Source of the DNA: Bilabrum cf. latius
Taxonomy: Eukaryota
NCBI GenBank assembly: GCA_965178125.1
Contig: OZ237745.1
Location: 1,054,001 to 1,118,000 of the forward strand
Length of the DNA: 64,000 nucleotides
Direction: 5' to 3'
Under the pieces are notes generated by a model. That model saw nothing but the letters and a program-made list of their open reading frames with translations. It was not told the DNA's origin and did not search any database. The position numbers and the translations under genes were made by a program. This document shows, piece after piece, positions 46,767 through 59,900 of the stretch. The stretch's first letter is position 1, and each line of letters begins with the position of its first letter.

Positions 46767-46972
46767 GGTCAAGCAATTCTTGCAAGAGAAGTTTGGTTTT
46801 TAAACACAAAACTTGGAAAAAGTAGGGCCAAAGTGAGTGATTCACCGTCCCACTGACAGTATTTGGTTTGTTTCAACGGGCCGGACGAGATTGATGTACG
46901 GTGCAGTTTGGTTTTCGATCCGATCCAGTGCAACCACGTTCACCAAAAACTAAGAAAGCTGCCCGTAGGGAG

Positions 46973-47642
46973 ATGGTGAGAGGGTCTGAGTATGCGAACA
47001 CTTGCCTTGGTTATAAAGCATGTAAAAAGTATGCTGTCGTCTGCTCGGACAGTACGATTGCCGTTTCGAAGTGCTGATCAAGCGTAGTCAAGTACAAGCC
47101 GACTGGTGCTTGGCAACCTTTGACCCTCTAGACGATGTGTAGACATGCAGACAGCAGTCATTGAATAATTTTCTATTATAATTTTCCACTGTTCTTCGTG
47201 CAGACCAAGGGTACAACCAGCCAGGGTACTAGGAACGACAAGTCGCACACGCTGTGCAGGCGCTGCGGCCACCGCACGTACCACATCCAGAAGCACAAGT
47301 GCTCGTCGTGCGGATACCCTCTCTCCAAGATGAGGCGTTGTGAGTTTGCCACACTGGCGGATCTAGATGACCGCTGGGCTTCGTTTTCAAGTGCAGCTGC
47401 GGTCAGCTCGCTACTCTGCCAATGCTAGTACACGGTGTGCTATCACGAATGTGCCGCAAGTCATATGCGTTCATGATCCGTTCGAATTACATCAAGCTTT
47501 CGCAGATAACTGGGCCTCCAAGGCCCTCCGCAGGCGCACTCAGGGGACTGGCCGCATGAGGTACCTGAAGAGCATCCCTCGCAAGTTCAAGAACGGATTC
47601 CGCGAGAACTCGCAGGCCCGCCCCAAGGGAGCCACCGCATGA
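46973..47642 (+). CDS. RPL37: 60S ribosomal protein L37 (eL37); exons 46973-46975, 47204-47339, 47506-47642
   Basis: [57 protein letters not shown], with GT-AG introns. Confidence 0.96.
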
Positions 47643-48056
47643 ATTTGATGGTTGGAATGTTGGCATAGCTTGGGTGGTTTGGGGAAAGCGAGCAGGGTAT
47701 TTCAGTACCGCACCAACGGCTCCAGCGGAGCTGCTGCGGGCTGTCCTGAGCGCCTTCCTTGTTGGGTGGGAACTTGGTGGGACTGAGTGGCACGCCTCAT
47801 GATGCATTGGGAAGATGACCATGGTGTGCGTGTCGTTGTGGCGCAGCTCAGATCGGCGTATCGGGGGACTCACGGCGCGATGTTGGAGGGATTGTCTTGT
47901 GTGCATTTGACCGCAAGATACCTTCTAGAGAACGCGTCAGTCCCCATCCATCGTGTCTATATATCATGCGCAGATGAAAGCACTCTCTTTGCTGGCTAGA
48001 TCGATAGATCGCCTCACGGGGCGCCGCCCGACGCTGCCCGTGTGCCCACTTCCCTG

Positions 48057-51000
48057 TCAGTCAGCGTGTAGAGCTCGCAATCGCCCAAACGCCGCAGCCG
48101 AGTCCCTTTGTGCGCATTCGAGGCACACCGCACGCAATCTATGTCTCAAGCTGGCGGCAGAGCGGGACCAAAGCGCCCAATCCTCCACACTTGGCCCCGG
48201 CATGAGCGCCTCCACCGCTGCAGCGCCCGTGTCTGCCTCCTCGCCTACCTCTGCCTTTCCCTGCATTTTGTGCCCAGGGCCCGGACGCAGGCCCAGGGCC
48301 TCCTCGGTCCACCGCAGCACGTGCTCCAGCCAGACTCGCGCCACTGCCATCCTGGACCGCCAGGCGCCGCCCACGGCCGCGGCCCCGGCCCCTGACACGA
48401 ACCTCGGCCCCTCCACGGCCGCGGCCACGCGAATTTCTCCACTCTGACAATCCCCCACCCTGCTGCTTTGACCACCCCCACCCAAGGTACCACCAGCGGA
48501 AGCGCCTGTCGCCCCCGCACCCTAGCATGGGGCAGTGACCGCTGGAGCCCCTTGCAGCGGGAGCAGCCCGTGCCCCAGCAGAATGTACGTGTACTTGTGC
48601 GGCGGCGTGCCCGGTGAAGATGAAGATGATGATGGAGCGGCGCTGACGGTGCGTCGCCTGGCCGTTGGAGGCAGCCCCACCCCGGGACCACCTGGCGCCT
48701 TTGCAGCGGCGGGGCTCAGCAGCCCGGGATTGGCCACCCCATCCACATCGAGATCGGCCTGTGCATCGCCATCCTGGACCACGACCCCCTCCGCGGCTCC
48801 GTCTGTCGACTCATCGCCTCCTTCCGGCTCCTCCTGCTGCTGCCGCCTTCTTCTGCGTCGCTCCCGGTCCTGCAGGGCTTGGCGGATCACGGCCGCGGAC
48901 GATGTGCCGGCCGGGGCCGCTCTGAAGTGCCTCACCACGATCGGAGTACCGTCCGCGCACACGTCGATGAGGATCCCCCGGGCGGAGAGAGCGCGCCTCA
49001 CCCCCGCCGCTTTGCCCATGCGCGCCAGAGCCAGCGCGAAGGCCGCCCACGCCGCCTCTAGCTGCCCAGAGGGGCGCCCGTCGTCCCGCAGGTCCTCCGT
49101 GCTCTCAACCAACGCCCTGTCACCGGGGCAAGCCGACCCGAGGAACAACCCCGCCTCTGCTGTTGACAGCGGCCGAAACCTGGCGGCAGCCGCCCGGGCT
49201 TGCTCCATCCTGCCCTTGGCCTACTCCTCCGCGTCTTGTGCCCTGGCGAGCACAGCGTCGAGAGCAGAGTCATCCCTGGCCCGAAGGGATTCCTCAGGCA
49301 CGCTCCACTCCTCCTTCGGCTTGGACGCCTCCTCCAGCCATGCCAAACCCTGGTCAAACCCGTCCTCCTCCAGCTCGCGCCCGTACCACGGACGCTCGGC
49401 CTGCACGAGACCATCGTCCACCATGCCAGCTCCTGGATGCTGGCCAGCGGCCCGCGGCCCGTGCGTGACAAAGTCCGCTGTACCACTCGTTCTGGACGAC
49501 CGACCCGCCCGCGGCTGAGAACCGGCCGCGGGTGCCCCGTGACCAGCTTGTCTGTGAACCTTACCACTGCTCCCATTCTCCCTGGCTCTAGCCGCCCTTG
49601 CAGGAGACGCCTCGCCTCTCGCCCGCCTCCTTTGCGCCTCCGTTGGCTCGCCATCTCCGCCCGCTCCCAACACATCGTCATCATCATCAACCTCACCAAC
49701 GCCCTCCCCACCTATGCGGTGACTGCCGCTGCTCGCACCTATGACATGCCCGGGCACAACGGCTGGTGACAACCCCCGATGGCCCGGATCCCCCGGAGCA
49801 GCCAGCGTGCCATCGTGCTAGTCACCGTGCCTGGGGCCTGCCCCTGCAGCCTCAAGCAACACACCTTCTAGGCGGTCTTGCTGCGGGGTTCTGTCGCGGT
49901 GGTGGGTGCCGTGCCCGCCCGATGGCAGGCTGCCCCCGCTGCCGCTGCCGCTGCCGCTGCCCCTGGTGCTGGGCTACGATGGCCCGGCCGAGCCGCCAAT
50001 GGATGCGCTCGCAGAGTCGGTCATGTCTCTGTCCCTGTCCCTGCCCCTGCCACTGTTCCGTGCTTTGGGCCCGGGATTGGGCTCTATCTTTCTGCCGACC
50101 GTCGGGCCTCTCGTCTCCCGCTCTTGTTCCTTGGGCCGGGGGGGTATGGTGGGTGGGTTGCTTGCGGGCAGCACCCGATGCTGCCGGGCAGTCTCCGCCG
50201 CTGCCACGGCTGGCTGCACGCGGACGGCGCCGGGCACCAGCAGCTGATCCTGTTCCTCGGGCCCGCCCTCCTCCCCCGCGCCACCGCTGATGGCTGACCC
50301 ACCCAGCACGACATCATCGTCCCCGTCACTCCCATCCCCGTCCCCGTCCCCGTCCACGCCCCCCTCGCTGTAGCCCGGCGAGCTCCTCCCCAGCACCGCG
50401 TCGTCTGCCATCATGCGGCGGAGGAACTCCTGGGGGCCGTGGCTCGGCATGCTGGCCACCGATCGCATCATATCCATACCGCTGCCTTGCACGCCCGCAC
50501 GTGCTCCTCTGGGCGCAGTGTCTTGCGGCTAGCTGCCACCCCCTGCCTCCATCGGGCCAGCAAACTGAGGCTGCCCAGGGGAGGAGGTCTAGTTCCCTGC
50601 GGGCCCCCCTCTGCTGCTGCTGTCCACTGCACCAAGGAAACCAGACCCACCGAGCACTACCTCGTCTTCCTCGTCCTCTTCCTACTCCTCCCCCTATTCC
50701 CATTCCTATTCCCCTGCCCTTGCCTCGTTCATGACGTGGCCAGGGGCACTGCTGCCACTGCCACTGCCACTGCCACTGCCAGTGTCACGCGAAGCAGCTC
50801 CCGCTCCCTGTGACGTCGGAGAGTCCGCGAAACGTCGTGCTACAATCACCGGGCCAGACGGCCTGTGATCCGTCTTGTGGTTCCGCTGCGTCGCGGCACC
50901 GCTCGGGGCGCCCAGCGTAGCCCCGGCAGCCTCGCCGCTCGTCGAATCCATCGCCTTCCTGCTGCCTCGATTCTCTGGAATAGTGCCCCAGATGAGATCG

Positions 51001-51659
51001 AGCAGAGCCCCTCCGTCGCAAGGTAGGGACATAGGCCAGTGGCCGGGGCCCATTGTCGGTGGGTGTAGCAGGCGGCTGGAAGCCTCTTGGGGGCCCAAGC
51101 ATGTATCACCAGCAAGACCATGATAACCGGGTGACGCTAAGCCATGCAGCGCCACAAATGGATGGAACTCATTTTTAAAGTTGGATCGGCTAGTGGCTCC
51201 TGGATCTGAGCGCTCCAGCAGCTGCAGATCGTCGTCCAAATCTTGGCTGCAGTACTGATCGATATCCCGATGATTCTCCGGATCTTTCGAGTCAATGTCC
51301 CTGCTGTGACGTAAGTGATTCTATATCTTTAGAGTCAGCTCAGATATCCTGGCGTACTCGTTCATGTATCGCAGAGTATCTTGCGAACACGTATCCATGT
51401 CCCTCTTGAACTGCGTGCTACTCGTTGCCCAAGCTGGCGTCTAGTCCACTTGCGGTGGTGGGCCTCGACGCACCAGTCTCTGGACCGCTTGCGCTCCTGC
51501 TTGATAGCTCTTGCGCATGCTGTCTGTGGCAGCGGACCACTCCTCGTCAGAGACCGGCCCGGACCAATCGTCCACACGCACCCCGCGGGCCGCCCAGAAG
51601 GCTGCAAGCTCCCGCTTGTCCTTTGCAGACATTTTATAAGCATGTTTGAGTGTACTCAT
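48057..51659 (-). CDS. Hypothetical low-complexity protein, ~1,200 aa when TAG is read as Gln; start uncertain
   Basis: ORF pieces 48057, 48522, 49221, 49974, 50706 and 51441 share one frame, separated only by TAG (at least 11), and end in TGA. No domain recognised. Confidence 0.7.
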
Positions 51660-51968
51660 GTGATGATCACTGCTTCATCTCTTCGTAATCGCCGCTGCTG
51701 TGCACACTTGCAGTTTCGACCACCGTGACGGCTTGAGCCGGCGGCGCCGTGACGAGTGCCCCGGTCGCTGAGCATGTTTGTTCAGTTTGTTGTCGTTGTT
51801 AGGTTAGGGCCAGGTATTGAGCTGCGAGAACTTTATACTCGCGAGGTGCAGTGATAAACAGCCTGCCAGCCTGGCAAGTTGGCAGTCAAGCCCTATCATA
51901 TCATGACGATCATTATCACTCGTCTCACGTCACGGTCCCCCAACACTCAACCGACCGAGTCAACTCAG

Positions 51969-54900
51969 TCAACTAGGCGGCGTGCCGATCGGCGGCAGCT
52001 TCACGACAGCCGCTGACGGGGATGTGTCCTACCTGGACGGCAAGCCTCCGGGCACCCTCGGAGGCGGGGTCCCCTTCACATCCCTCGCAGCCGCAAAGCC
52101 GTCACCGGTGCCAGCAGCAGCGACGTGACCCGATGCATTGGCAGTCTGCCTTTCGTCACCACTGCTGTCCTCCACTTCCGCCCCCAGCACCAGGGCAGCC
52201 ACACGGTCGTCGAGGCTGTCCTGCCTCTACTTTTGCGACGACGACCCCCCTCCCCGCCCGGGGGCGCCGGAGCCGCCCACGCGCGAGGCAGACGAGGCCA
52301 CCATGGGCGAACCGCCGACACCAACGCCCCCGCCATCGCGTCCCTCGTCCGCCTCCTTCATATCTTCATCTTCTATTCCTGCGTCGCTCTGGAGGATTCC
52401 TTCGAAGGCCCCAAGCAGCGTGTCAAACTCGGCGGGTGGACTGTCTGCCGCCACGCGCCTGCTCATGCTCTGCATCGACCCGCCCGCTTCTTCTCCTTCT
52501 CCTTCATCCTAGTCACCGGTCTCCTTCCTGCCGTGGCTCCCTCCTCCTGCGGTCCTCCTGTCCCTCTCCTCCCCCTCCGCATGCACTTTAGTCTCCGTCT
52601 CCGTCTCACTGCTGCCCCGCTTCCCCTCGGACCACCCGTGCACCGGCTACCCTTGCCCCTGCCCCTGCCCCTGCCCCGAGCGGCTGCCGTCAAAGCCGCC
52701 GCGCTGGCGCCCACCGCCCGGATGCCCCACGCTGGCGGCATGCCCTCGAGCATCCATCGGCGACTGGCTCGTGTCCAGAGGTGAATCGCCCGAGGCCGTG
52801 CGGGACGCATCCGCCACGCCGTGCTGGGACTGCTGGGGCATAGAGTTGTTGCCGTTCCCTGGGCTCCCCCGAGGCGGTGCTGGTGGCCTCTTCTTCCTCG
52901 GGGGCTGCGGCTTGCGCCTGTCTCCGCCCGGTGAGCCCCCGCTGCCCCTGCCTTTGCCCCTGCCATGTTCCCTGCCATGTTCCCTGCCATTGCCTTGCCC
53001 CCCCGCGAGCTCCTCAAGCTTCGCAATCCTCTCCGCGTGCGTCTCGATTGTGCTCCTAAGCTGAGCCTGCGCGTCAAGCAGCTATGTGGACAGGGACTGT
53101 ACCTTGCCTAGCAGCAGCTGCAGGGCGCGGCCCATGGCCGCCACTTGCTCGCTTTCACCACCCGGCGCGGGTCCCCCAGCCGCGCCCTCACCCTGCTTCA
53201 CGTCCGTCGCTGAGGCCATGGTGAAGAGGCCATCGCCTGCTGTGCCGACCCTGTGCAGCCCGCCGTCGCTGCCGATGCTGTCACCCGCAGTCATCGTCAT
53301 TCCCACCGCTCTGCCGTGTTCCCCAGGAGTACCCCTCCCGCCGTAGCCCTATCCACCGTACACGGCCCCCTTCCCCTGCGCCAGCCTGCCGCCCACGCCC
53401 TTGCCCTCCCTGGCTTCCACCTCAAGCAGCCGCTTCTGCGAGGCCCTGAACTGCTGCTCCATGGGCCCGCCGCCGGAGCCCCGGTCGGCCCCCCGCATCT
53501 GGGCGAGGAAACCGAGGGTGCCCGGGCGGTCGCCTGCCTCAGAACCCACATTGCTCGGCGTGGTGCCTGCGACGGAGACAGACGGCGTCCCGCTGCCACC
53601 CGAGTCCTGCTTGTGGTCCAGGCTGAGCACGCCTCGCATGCTGGGGCCCTTCTTGCCCAGGGAGGAGGCAGCCAGCCTGTCCCTTGGCTTGGACCCGATG
53701 GCTGCTGCGCTCTTGGCCACGAACCGATTAAGCTCCTTGTCCTGCATCTTCCGAGCATCGGCGTCGGCTCTCTGCCTCTCCATCACGGCAGCGGCCCCGC
53801 TGCTGCTTGTGCCCTGGGGCCCCGCCCCCACCTCGTCCAGTAGGCTGGAATCCTGCGATGTGCTGCCGTGCCGGGGCATCAGCGGCCCCAGGAGGGCGGC
53901 GCTGCCCTGCTGCTGCTGCTGCGATGCATCTTGGCTCTCGGCGCTCTGATAGCTGGCGTCGCCCAGTGGCAGCGTGGGGCTGATCCCGCGGCCGGTCGCG
54001 TCGCCGTAGAGCACCTCCCCGCTCTGCCTGGCGATCTTGTTGGCGTGACTCAGCCTGCGCCTGCGGTCCAGCACGCCCATCAGGTGCTCCCGGTTCTCAT
54101 GGCTGCGAAGGCGGGAGGTGCTGTTGCCCCCCGACACACCCGACCGCCGGCTGCCGATGGAACGCCTGGAGGATGCCTGTTCCCTGCTGAGGGCCTGCTT
54201 CTGGCCCCCTGGTAGTCCGGCTTGGTTTTGCGCTTGGCTGCCCGCTCCCATGCCGCCAGGTCGAGGCACGTCGGTCCCAAGGGGCGCCCCTTGCGCCAAG
54301 TTACGCACGGCCACGGGCTCCCGGGCTCCGGTGCTAGACCCAGCGGCAGCAGCTGCAGCCCCAGGGAGCTGCACCTCGTTGCTGGCTCCTGGGCCTGCGT
54401 TCAGCACGCCGAGGAGGCCCGCCCCCGGGGCCACCCCGAGCCCCGCGGCTGCCTCCCCCTCGCCCTCCTCGTCGCCGGTGCCAACGAGCCATTCGATGAT
54501 CACCTCCGTGTTGGCCCTGACGTCCTGCAGGTTGACGTCCAGCGTCTCGAGCAGCGTCAACTGCTTGTCCGTGGGGTCACCCGGGTCGTGGCTATGCGCA
54601 AACCTCCTCACCTGCCTGAAGGAGTCCAGTCGCTCGTAGAGCACGCTCTCCAGCGTGCTTGGGTCCACGGTCTGATACATGCACGACGGCTGCCACCAGC
54701 TCCCACCCGCAGCAGCCCCGCCTCGTCCTGTAACAGAGCCGGTGGTGGAAGAAGAGCCCCTCCTATTTGCAGCTGACATGGCGCTGCTGCGGTCCAGCTG
54801 GCTCAGCCGCCCCGCCTCGCTGCCCGCGGTCGGCAGTGCAGCGTTCGATGTCACCTGCTTGCTCTCTCTGCCAGCCAACGGCCTCCCTCCCGCACTCGCG

Positions 54901-56545
54901 CCTCCTCCCCCGCCCTCGAGATCCAAGGCGGGGGGTCTCCTCCGCTGCTAGTGGGACTCGCCCTCCTGTCCCTAGCCCTAGCCCTGCCCATGCCCCTGCC
55001 CCTCCGGCGCCACCCTCGCAGAGCTTCCCCCGGGTCCGGACATCTACAACACCGAGGAAGAACCCGCCCCGCCCTCGCCATCCTTCCTGTCCCCCTGCCC
55101 ACCCTGGCTCCCTGCACCAGATGCACCGCCGACCGGCGGGAGCCGACCCCTCTCCCTGAGGCTCTGCCTCAGCCTGAAAGCCGTCTGGATGGCAATGGCC
55201 GCCTGGTTCTGCACAGTCTGCCGCAGCTTGTGCCTCTGCAGGAATGACACGACCTTGGACTCGGAGCGAGAAAGCTGCAGGTACTCGGTGGTGAGGGCGA
55301 TGGTCAGCGCGGTGATTAGGGTGCCGGCGAGGCCGCCCGTGATGGCCAGAAACCGGCCCCCATCCGTGGAGGGAACAACGTCACCGAATCCGACGGTCAG
55401 CGCAGTGATCACCACGAGCCACAGGGCGTCTGCCAGCGTCATGGGATAGCAGTCCAGGCTCAGGTCGTGGGCGCACTCTAGGCTCTCCACCATCCGCACC
55501 GCGTAGCCCGAGACGAAGAGGAGCAGCACCAGCGAAGAGAGCATCAGCTCCACGGGGTGCTCCTTCAGGACTGTCTTAAAGATGAACGAACCCCCAAATT
55601 CCACGTTGGTCAGCGCCGACACGAACCTCCCGTTAGACGTGTTCAGCCTAGAGTAGTACCTGCCAACCCTGGTCGCAAACCCGATCCGAGCAAACATGAA
55701 CAAGCAGCAAAAAATATACAGCCCAGGGTCGTCCGGGACCGCTTGCTCGATGCTGGGGAACACGTGCACCGCGACGAGCAATACCTCAGCAAAAAACGCC
55801 CAGCGCCGCGAGGTACCGAGCAAAGTGGACCCCTGCGGCATCAGGTTGCGGAGGACCTGCTCGCCCAGGGCGAGCGAGTGGATGCGATACGTGGCAACGA
55901 TCGCTAGCAGCGTCAGCACCGTGATCCCGATTCGGATGCCATCTAGTATTCTGGAGCCCTCAGTGGGCGGGTAAAATTGCGCCTGTCTGCGCGGGTCGCA
56001 ACCTGCATCTGTCAGCGGGTTGCAGAACCGGCCGTACGCGACCTCAGTATTCCATACCCAGGCAAGTTCGTGCTGTGAATCAAAGGGGGTGGTAAATACT
56101 TTCATAGCAACGAGACGCGTGGAACAAGGGGGGTGCTGTGAATGTAGCGCACAAAGCAAGACAGCTGCTGGCGCGCCGAAGCCGATCTGCCCCCGAAACG
56201 ACGAGACCCTTTCGAAACAACCCTCTGCGGACTAAGACTCACCTACACTATCATTAAAACAACTCCACCAAGCAAGAATACGAACTGATACAAGCTGGTC
56301 ACTTGCATGGCTGCAATTATGTAAGACCGTGCCACCGAAGGTGCTTCCAGCTGAGGCTGCTTTTCAACCTTCTTGCTGGTAAAGTCATCCTCATCGTCAG
56401 AATCGTTCCGAAATTTTCTTGAGAACGATTCGTCGTCGTCAGATGCACCTCCCCATCCGGTTTGATTCCTCAATTGGCTAGGCTGGATATCATGCCTCTC
56501 CTCGGAGCTCCCACCGAGCCCACGGACTCGGGCTGCCGCACTCAT
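51969..56545 (-). CDS. SK/KCNN-like Ca2+/calmodulin-activated K+ channel with a long C-terminal tail, ~1,470 aa; probable intron 56073-56242
   Basis: S1 GGVVLMIV*|HELAW, pore ALWLVVITALTVGFGDVVPST..GR, S6, then LQLSRSESKVVSF and QAAIAIQTAFR (CaM-binding-like). The frame continues through TAGs to TGA at 51969. Confidence 0.82.
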
Positions 56546-56927
56546 AGCCCGGGCGAAGCCTTTATACCTAGCTTATTACCGACTGTTCCAGACGACGGAT
56601 TTTCAAGCGCGTGACGACCACAAACACACCGCTGGCCGCTGCCTTCCCGCCGCTTAACGAGCGTTGCCTACTCGCTACTTGAACGTTTTCTTGCCCAGGC
56701 ACCCCGAAACAAAAATTCTGTATAATCTGTAAAGAGGCTGGAGCACCCTGCAATACGCGATTCGGTGGCTCTGTAGTGATTCTGGTGCCCATCCGTTGTC
56801 GCAAACCCGGTCGCAATTGGTCGCATTGGACATTTGTAACGTGTAAGTTCAAGATGCGGAACTCGGATTTCGATTGCTTCGATACTGGGGCTGCACGCAA
56901 TCGCTGCGTTGAATCCAAGCTGTTCCC

Positions 56928-59900
56928 ATGAGCCAACTTAGTAGTAACGATGTGAGAGCGCTTGTTCACCTCTTGGTTCGTCAGCTTGCAACAGCCCAAA
57001 CGCACACTCTCGCCGACTGCAACTGCTTTGCAACTGCTTGCAGGACCAACTAGACTACGATAGAGCAGGTGCTCCCGCACTGCCAGAGTCCGTAGCTGCT
57101 AGTTGCGTATCGTTAGAGTCGTCTACCTTCGACGGGCTGCAACACGATCGCTCGACCCGCGGAAGCAGCCGACGAGAGCTAGACACGGCCGACTCGAGCG
57201 CCGGGCAAGCCGCTGGCGCAGTGCTGAATCCCGGTGTCGGTACTTCCGAGCGTCAAAACAGTCACTCCAACAGCACAGCCCGTTTGTCCCCGGGTGTGCG
57301 AGCAGCTGCCGGCGAGACGGGGCGGTCATCTGCTCAACGTGATAGCATTGACCAACCAGCTGCACCACCAGAGCTGCCGAAGAGCAGCAATGCACATGAA
57401 GGGGCGAGGAGGAAATGCCCGCGAAGTAGTCGTCCGGTGGAATCCGCCCAGCAGGCCCAGGCCCAACAACCGAATGAGGGTGGCCCAGCCGGGCCATCCA
57501 TACCAAGCAGCCAGCAGCAGGTCCACCACAGCCGCTACGATGGGGGCGGCGGGCTGCAGAACGGAGCACCTTCCTCATCCTCACCCCCGCATCCCTCCGC
57601 CACATCGCCGAGTTCCGGCTCCGGATCCCGATCTAGCGGGCCCACGCAGGTGCAGCCCGTGGACGAGGTGCGGCCCGGGCGGTGGAGGTCGGAGCCTTCT
57701 TCCGCCGGGGCCTCCCCTCCCGGCTCCCCGTCAACGGTGGGGGGCACCGAAGAGGGCCAGGCAGGCCTGAAGGTGCCGATCCGGAGCTAGACTAGGGCCG
57801 AGGCGGGCACTGGCCTGCAGGCAGGGGTTGCAGAGAAGCATGCCAGGCAGGAGCCGGGCAGGGGAGGTCGGGCCGGCTGGGGTGCCGGTGCTGGTGCTGC
57901 CACGGACCGTCCCGGCCACGACCACGCAGCGGCAGAGGACCTGCTAGGGAGTGCAGTCAGGGAACAGAGGTAGGATCATGAGGACCAGGACGACCAGGAC
58001 GAGCAGGACCAGGACGAGGACCAGGACCAGGACGAGAGTGCCCACCCGACGAGCGAGTCATCCTCGCCAGCCTACCCGCGCATCAGCGGAGCTGTGAGCT
58101 CGGCGGGCGTCAGCCGGGAGGCATCTCGCGCTGCATCTCCCGTGGAGGCGATGCACGCGGCGGCCCAGGAGGCCAGGGGGCTCTCTGCCAGCGCGCGGGC
58201 CTCCCTTCGGCAGCAGAGGTTGCAGCTGAGGCAGGCAGCGGCAGCGGCTGCGCAACGAGGCGCTCACGATGCACCGCACAATGGCCCTCCAGCTCCAGCT
58301 CCCGCTCCAGTTCCAGCAAAACCCAAAGGCGGGGACCACGATTCATCCGCCAGGTCCGCGGCCGCAACTCCAGAGCGGCCACGCAGCTCTGGGGGCCGGT
58401 CGCAATCGCCGAGGGCCGGCAGCGGCAGCAGGCAAGGCCGGGAAGGCATCGCCACCCCGGGCGCAGGGAAACCTCCGGTTACTGGTGGTGCAACACGTCC
58501 GCGCGGCAGTGTCGCCCGAGGCGGCGGCAGCCCGGTTGGCGGCGCTGGTGTGTCCCACTTGTCGCCGTCAGCCCGGCACGCGGTCGGCGTGCTAGAAGGC
58601 CGCCTGGAGGCAGCCGAGGGGCAGATGCGCGCCGCCATCATGGAGAGGGACGCGGCGAGGCAGGAGCGCAACCGGCTCAGCGCCAACCTGGCCAAACTGG
58701 CAGGCATCGTGTCGTCGGCAGAGGAGGACTTCCGGCAGCAGACGGACTTGTGGCAGAAGGACAGGGCGGGCTTGCAGGCGCGACTCAAAGAGGCGGAGGA
58801 GTCCGCGAGGAACGCCAGGGGCATGCAGGACCAGGCGGTCGGGGAGGCCGCCAAGCTCAGGGCAGAGCTCGAAGCAAGGGAGGCCGGGGCCAAGACAGTG
58901 GCGGCAGAGGCGGGGGCCGCGGCGGCGGCTCGAGAGTCGGACCTGCAGGCGCGGCTGCAGGCCGCCGAGCAGCGTGCCGCCAACCTCGAGCAAGAAACGA
59001 AGACGCTGCGCTCGAAAGCGGAGCACGAGTCGGCAGCGCACGCGCGCGAGGTGTCGAAGCTCCAGGGCGCCCTCATCGACAGCAAAGAGAGCTGGTAGGA
59101 GAAAGAGGGCCGGCTGCAGGACCAGATGGACGAGGCGCGCCGGGACGCAGAGAGGGCCAGGTCGAGGGAAGAGGCCCTCCGTGAGCAGCTCGAGGCGGGC
59201 ATGGCCGACTTGGAGCGCGCGCGGCGCGAGCTTTGGGCCGAGAAGGAGGCCCGAATGCAAGCCGACAGGGCCACGCAGTCTGCCTCCGCGCGCACTAAGG
59301 AGATGTAGACCCAGCTGGACGCGGCAAAGACCCGCATGGACGAGGCACTAGCTGGCGCTGGGGAGGCCAAAGCCGAGACGGACAGAATGCGGGCGCGCGC
59401 GCTCGATGCAGAGTCCAAGAAGACCGATGTGGCTGCACGGGTGGCGCAGCTGGAACAAGACCTGGCAGCGGCTCGGCAGGGACTCAGCGACCAGCGCAAG
59501 GCGCTCGAGGAGGAGCGGCGCGACGCCCTCGCCAGCATCGACCGAGAACTGCAGGAAGCCCGGGCGGAAGCCAAGGAGGCGCAGCGGGCGCAGCGCCAGG
59601 CGAACGAGGCTGCCGAAGAGGCCAAGGAGCAAGCCGCTGCCGACCAGGCGCGCCTGGCTCGGGCGCAGAGGGCCCGCGCGCGGCAGGAGGAGGCAGCTCG
59701 CATGGCCTCGGAGGAAGCGGTGGAGCTCCGCCGGCAGCTCGTGGCTGCGCAAGCTGCGACCCAGGGAGCGCAGGCGCGTGTCTCCGAGACGGAGGCCGCG
59801 CTGGACGAGGCAAGGTCGTCGGAGCAGGCGGCACGGAACGAGCTCGAACAGGTGCAGCACCAGCTGCGAGTGGCAAGTACGCGCCAACGAAAGCCAAGAG

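Noticed and set aside
46976-47505. Intronic snoRNA in the RPL37 introns
   Set aside because: Intron 1 has weak terminal complementarity but no convincing C/D or H/ACA boxes. An Infernal or snoscan run would be needed.
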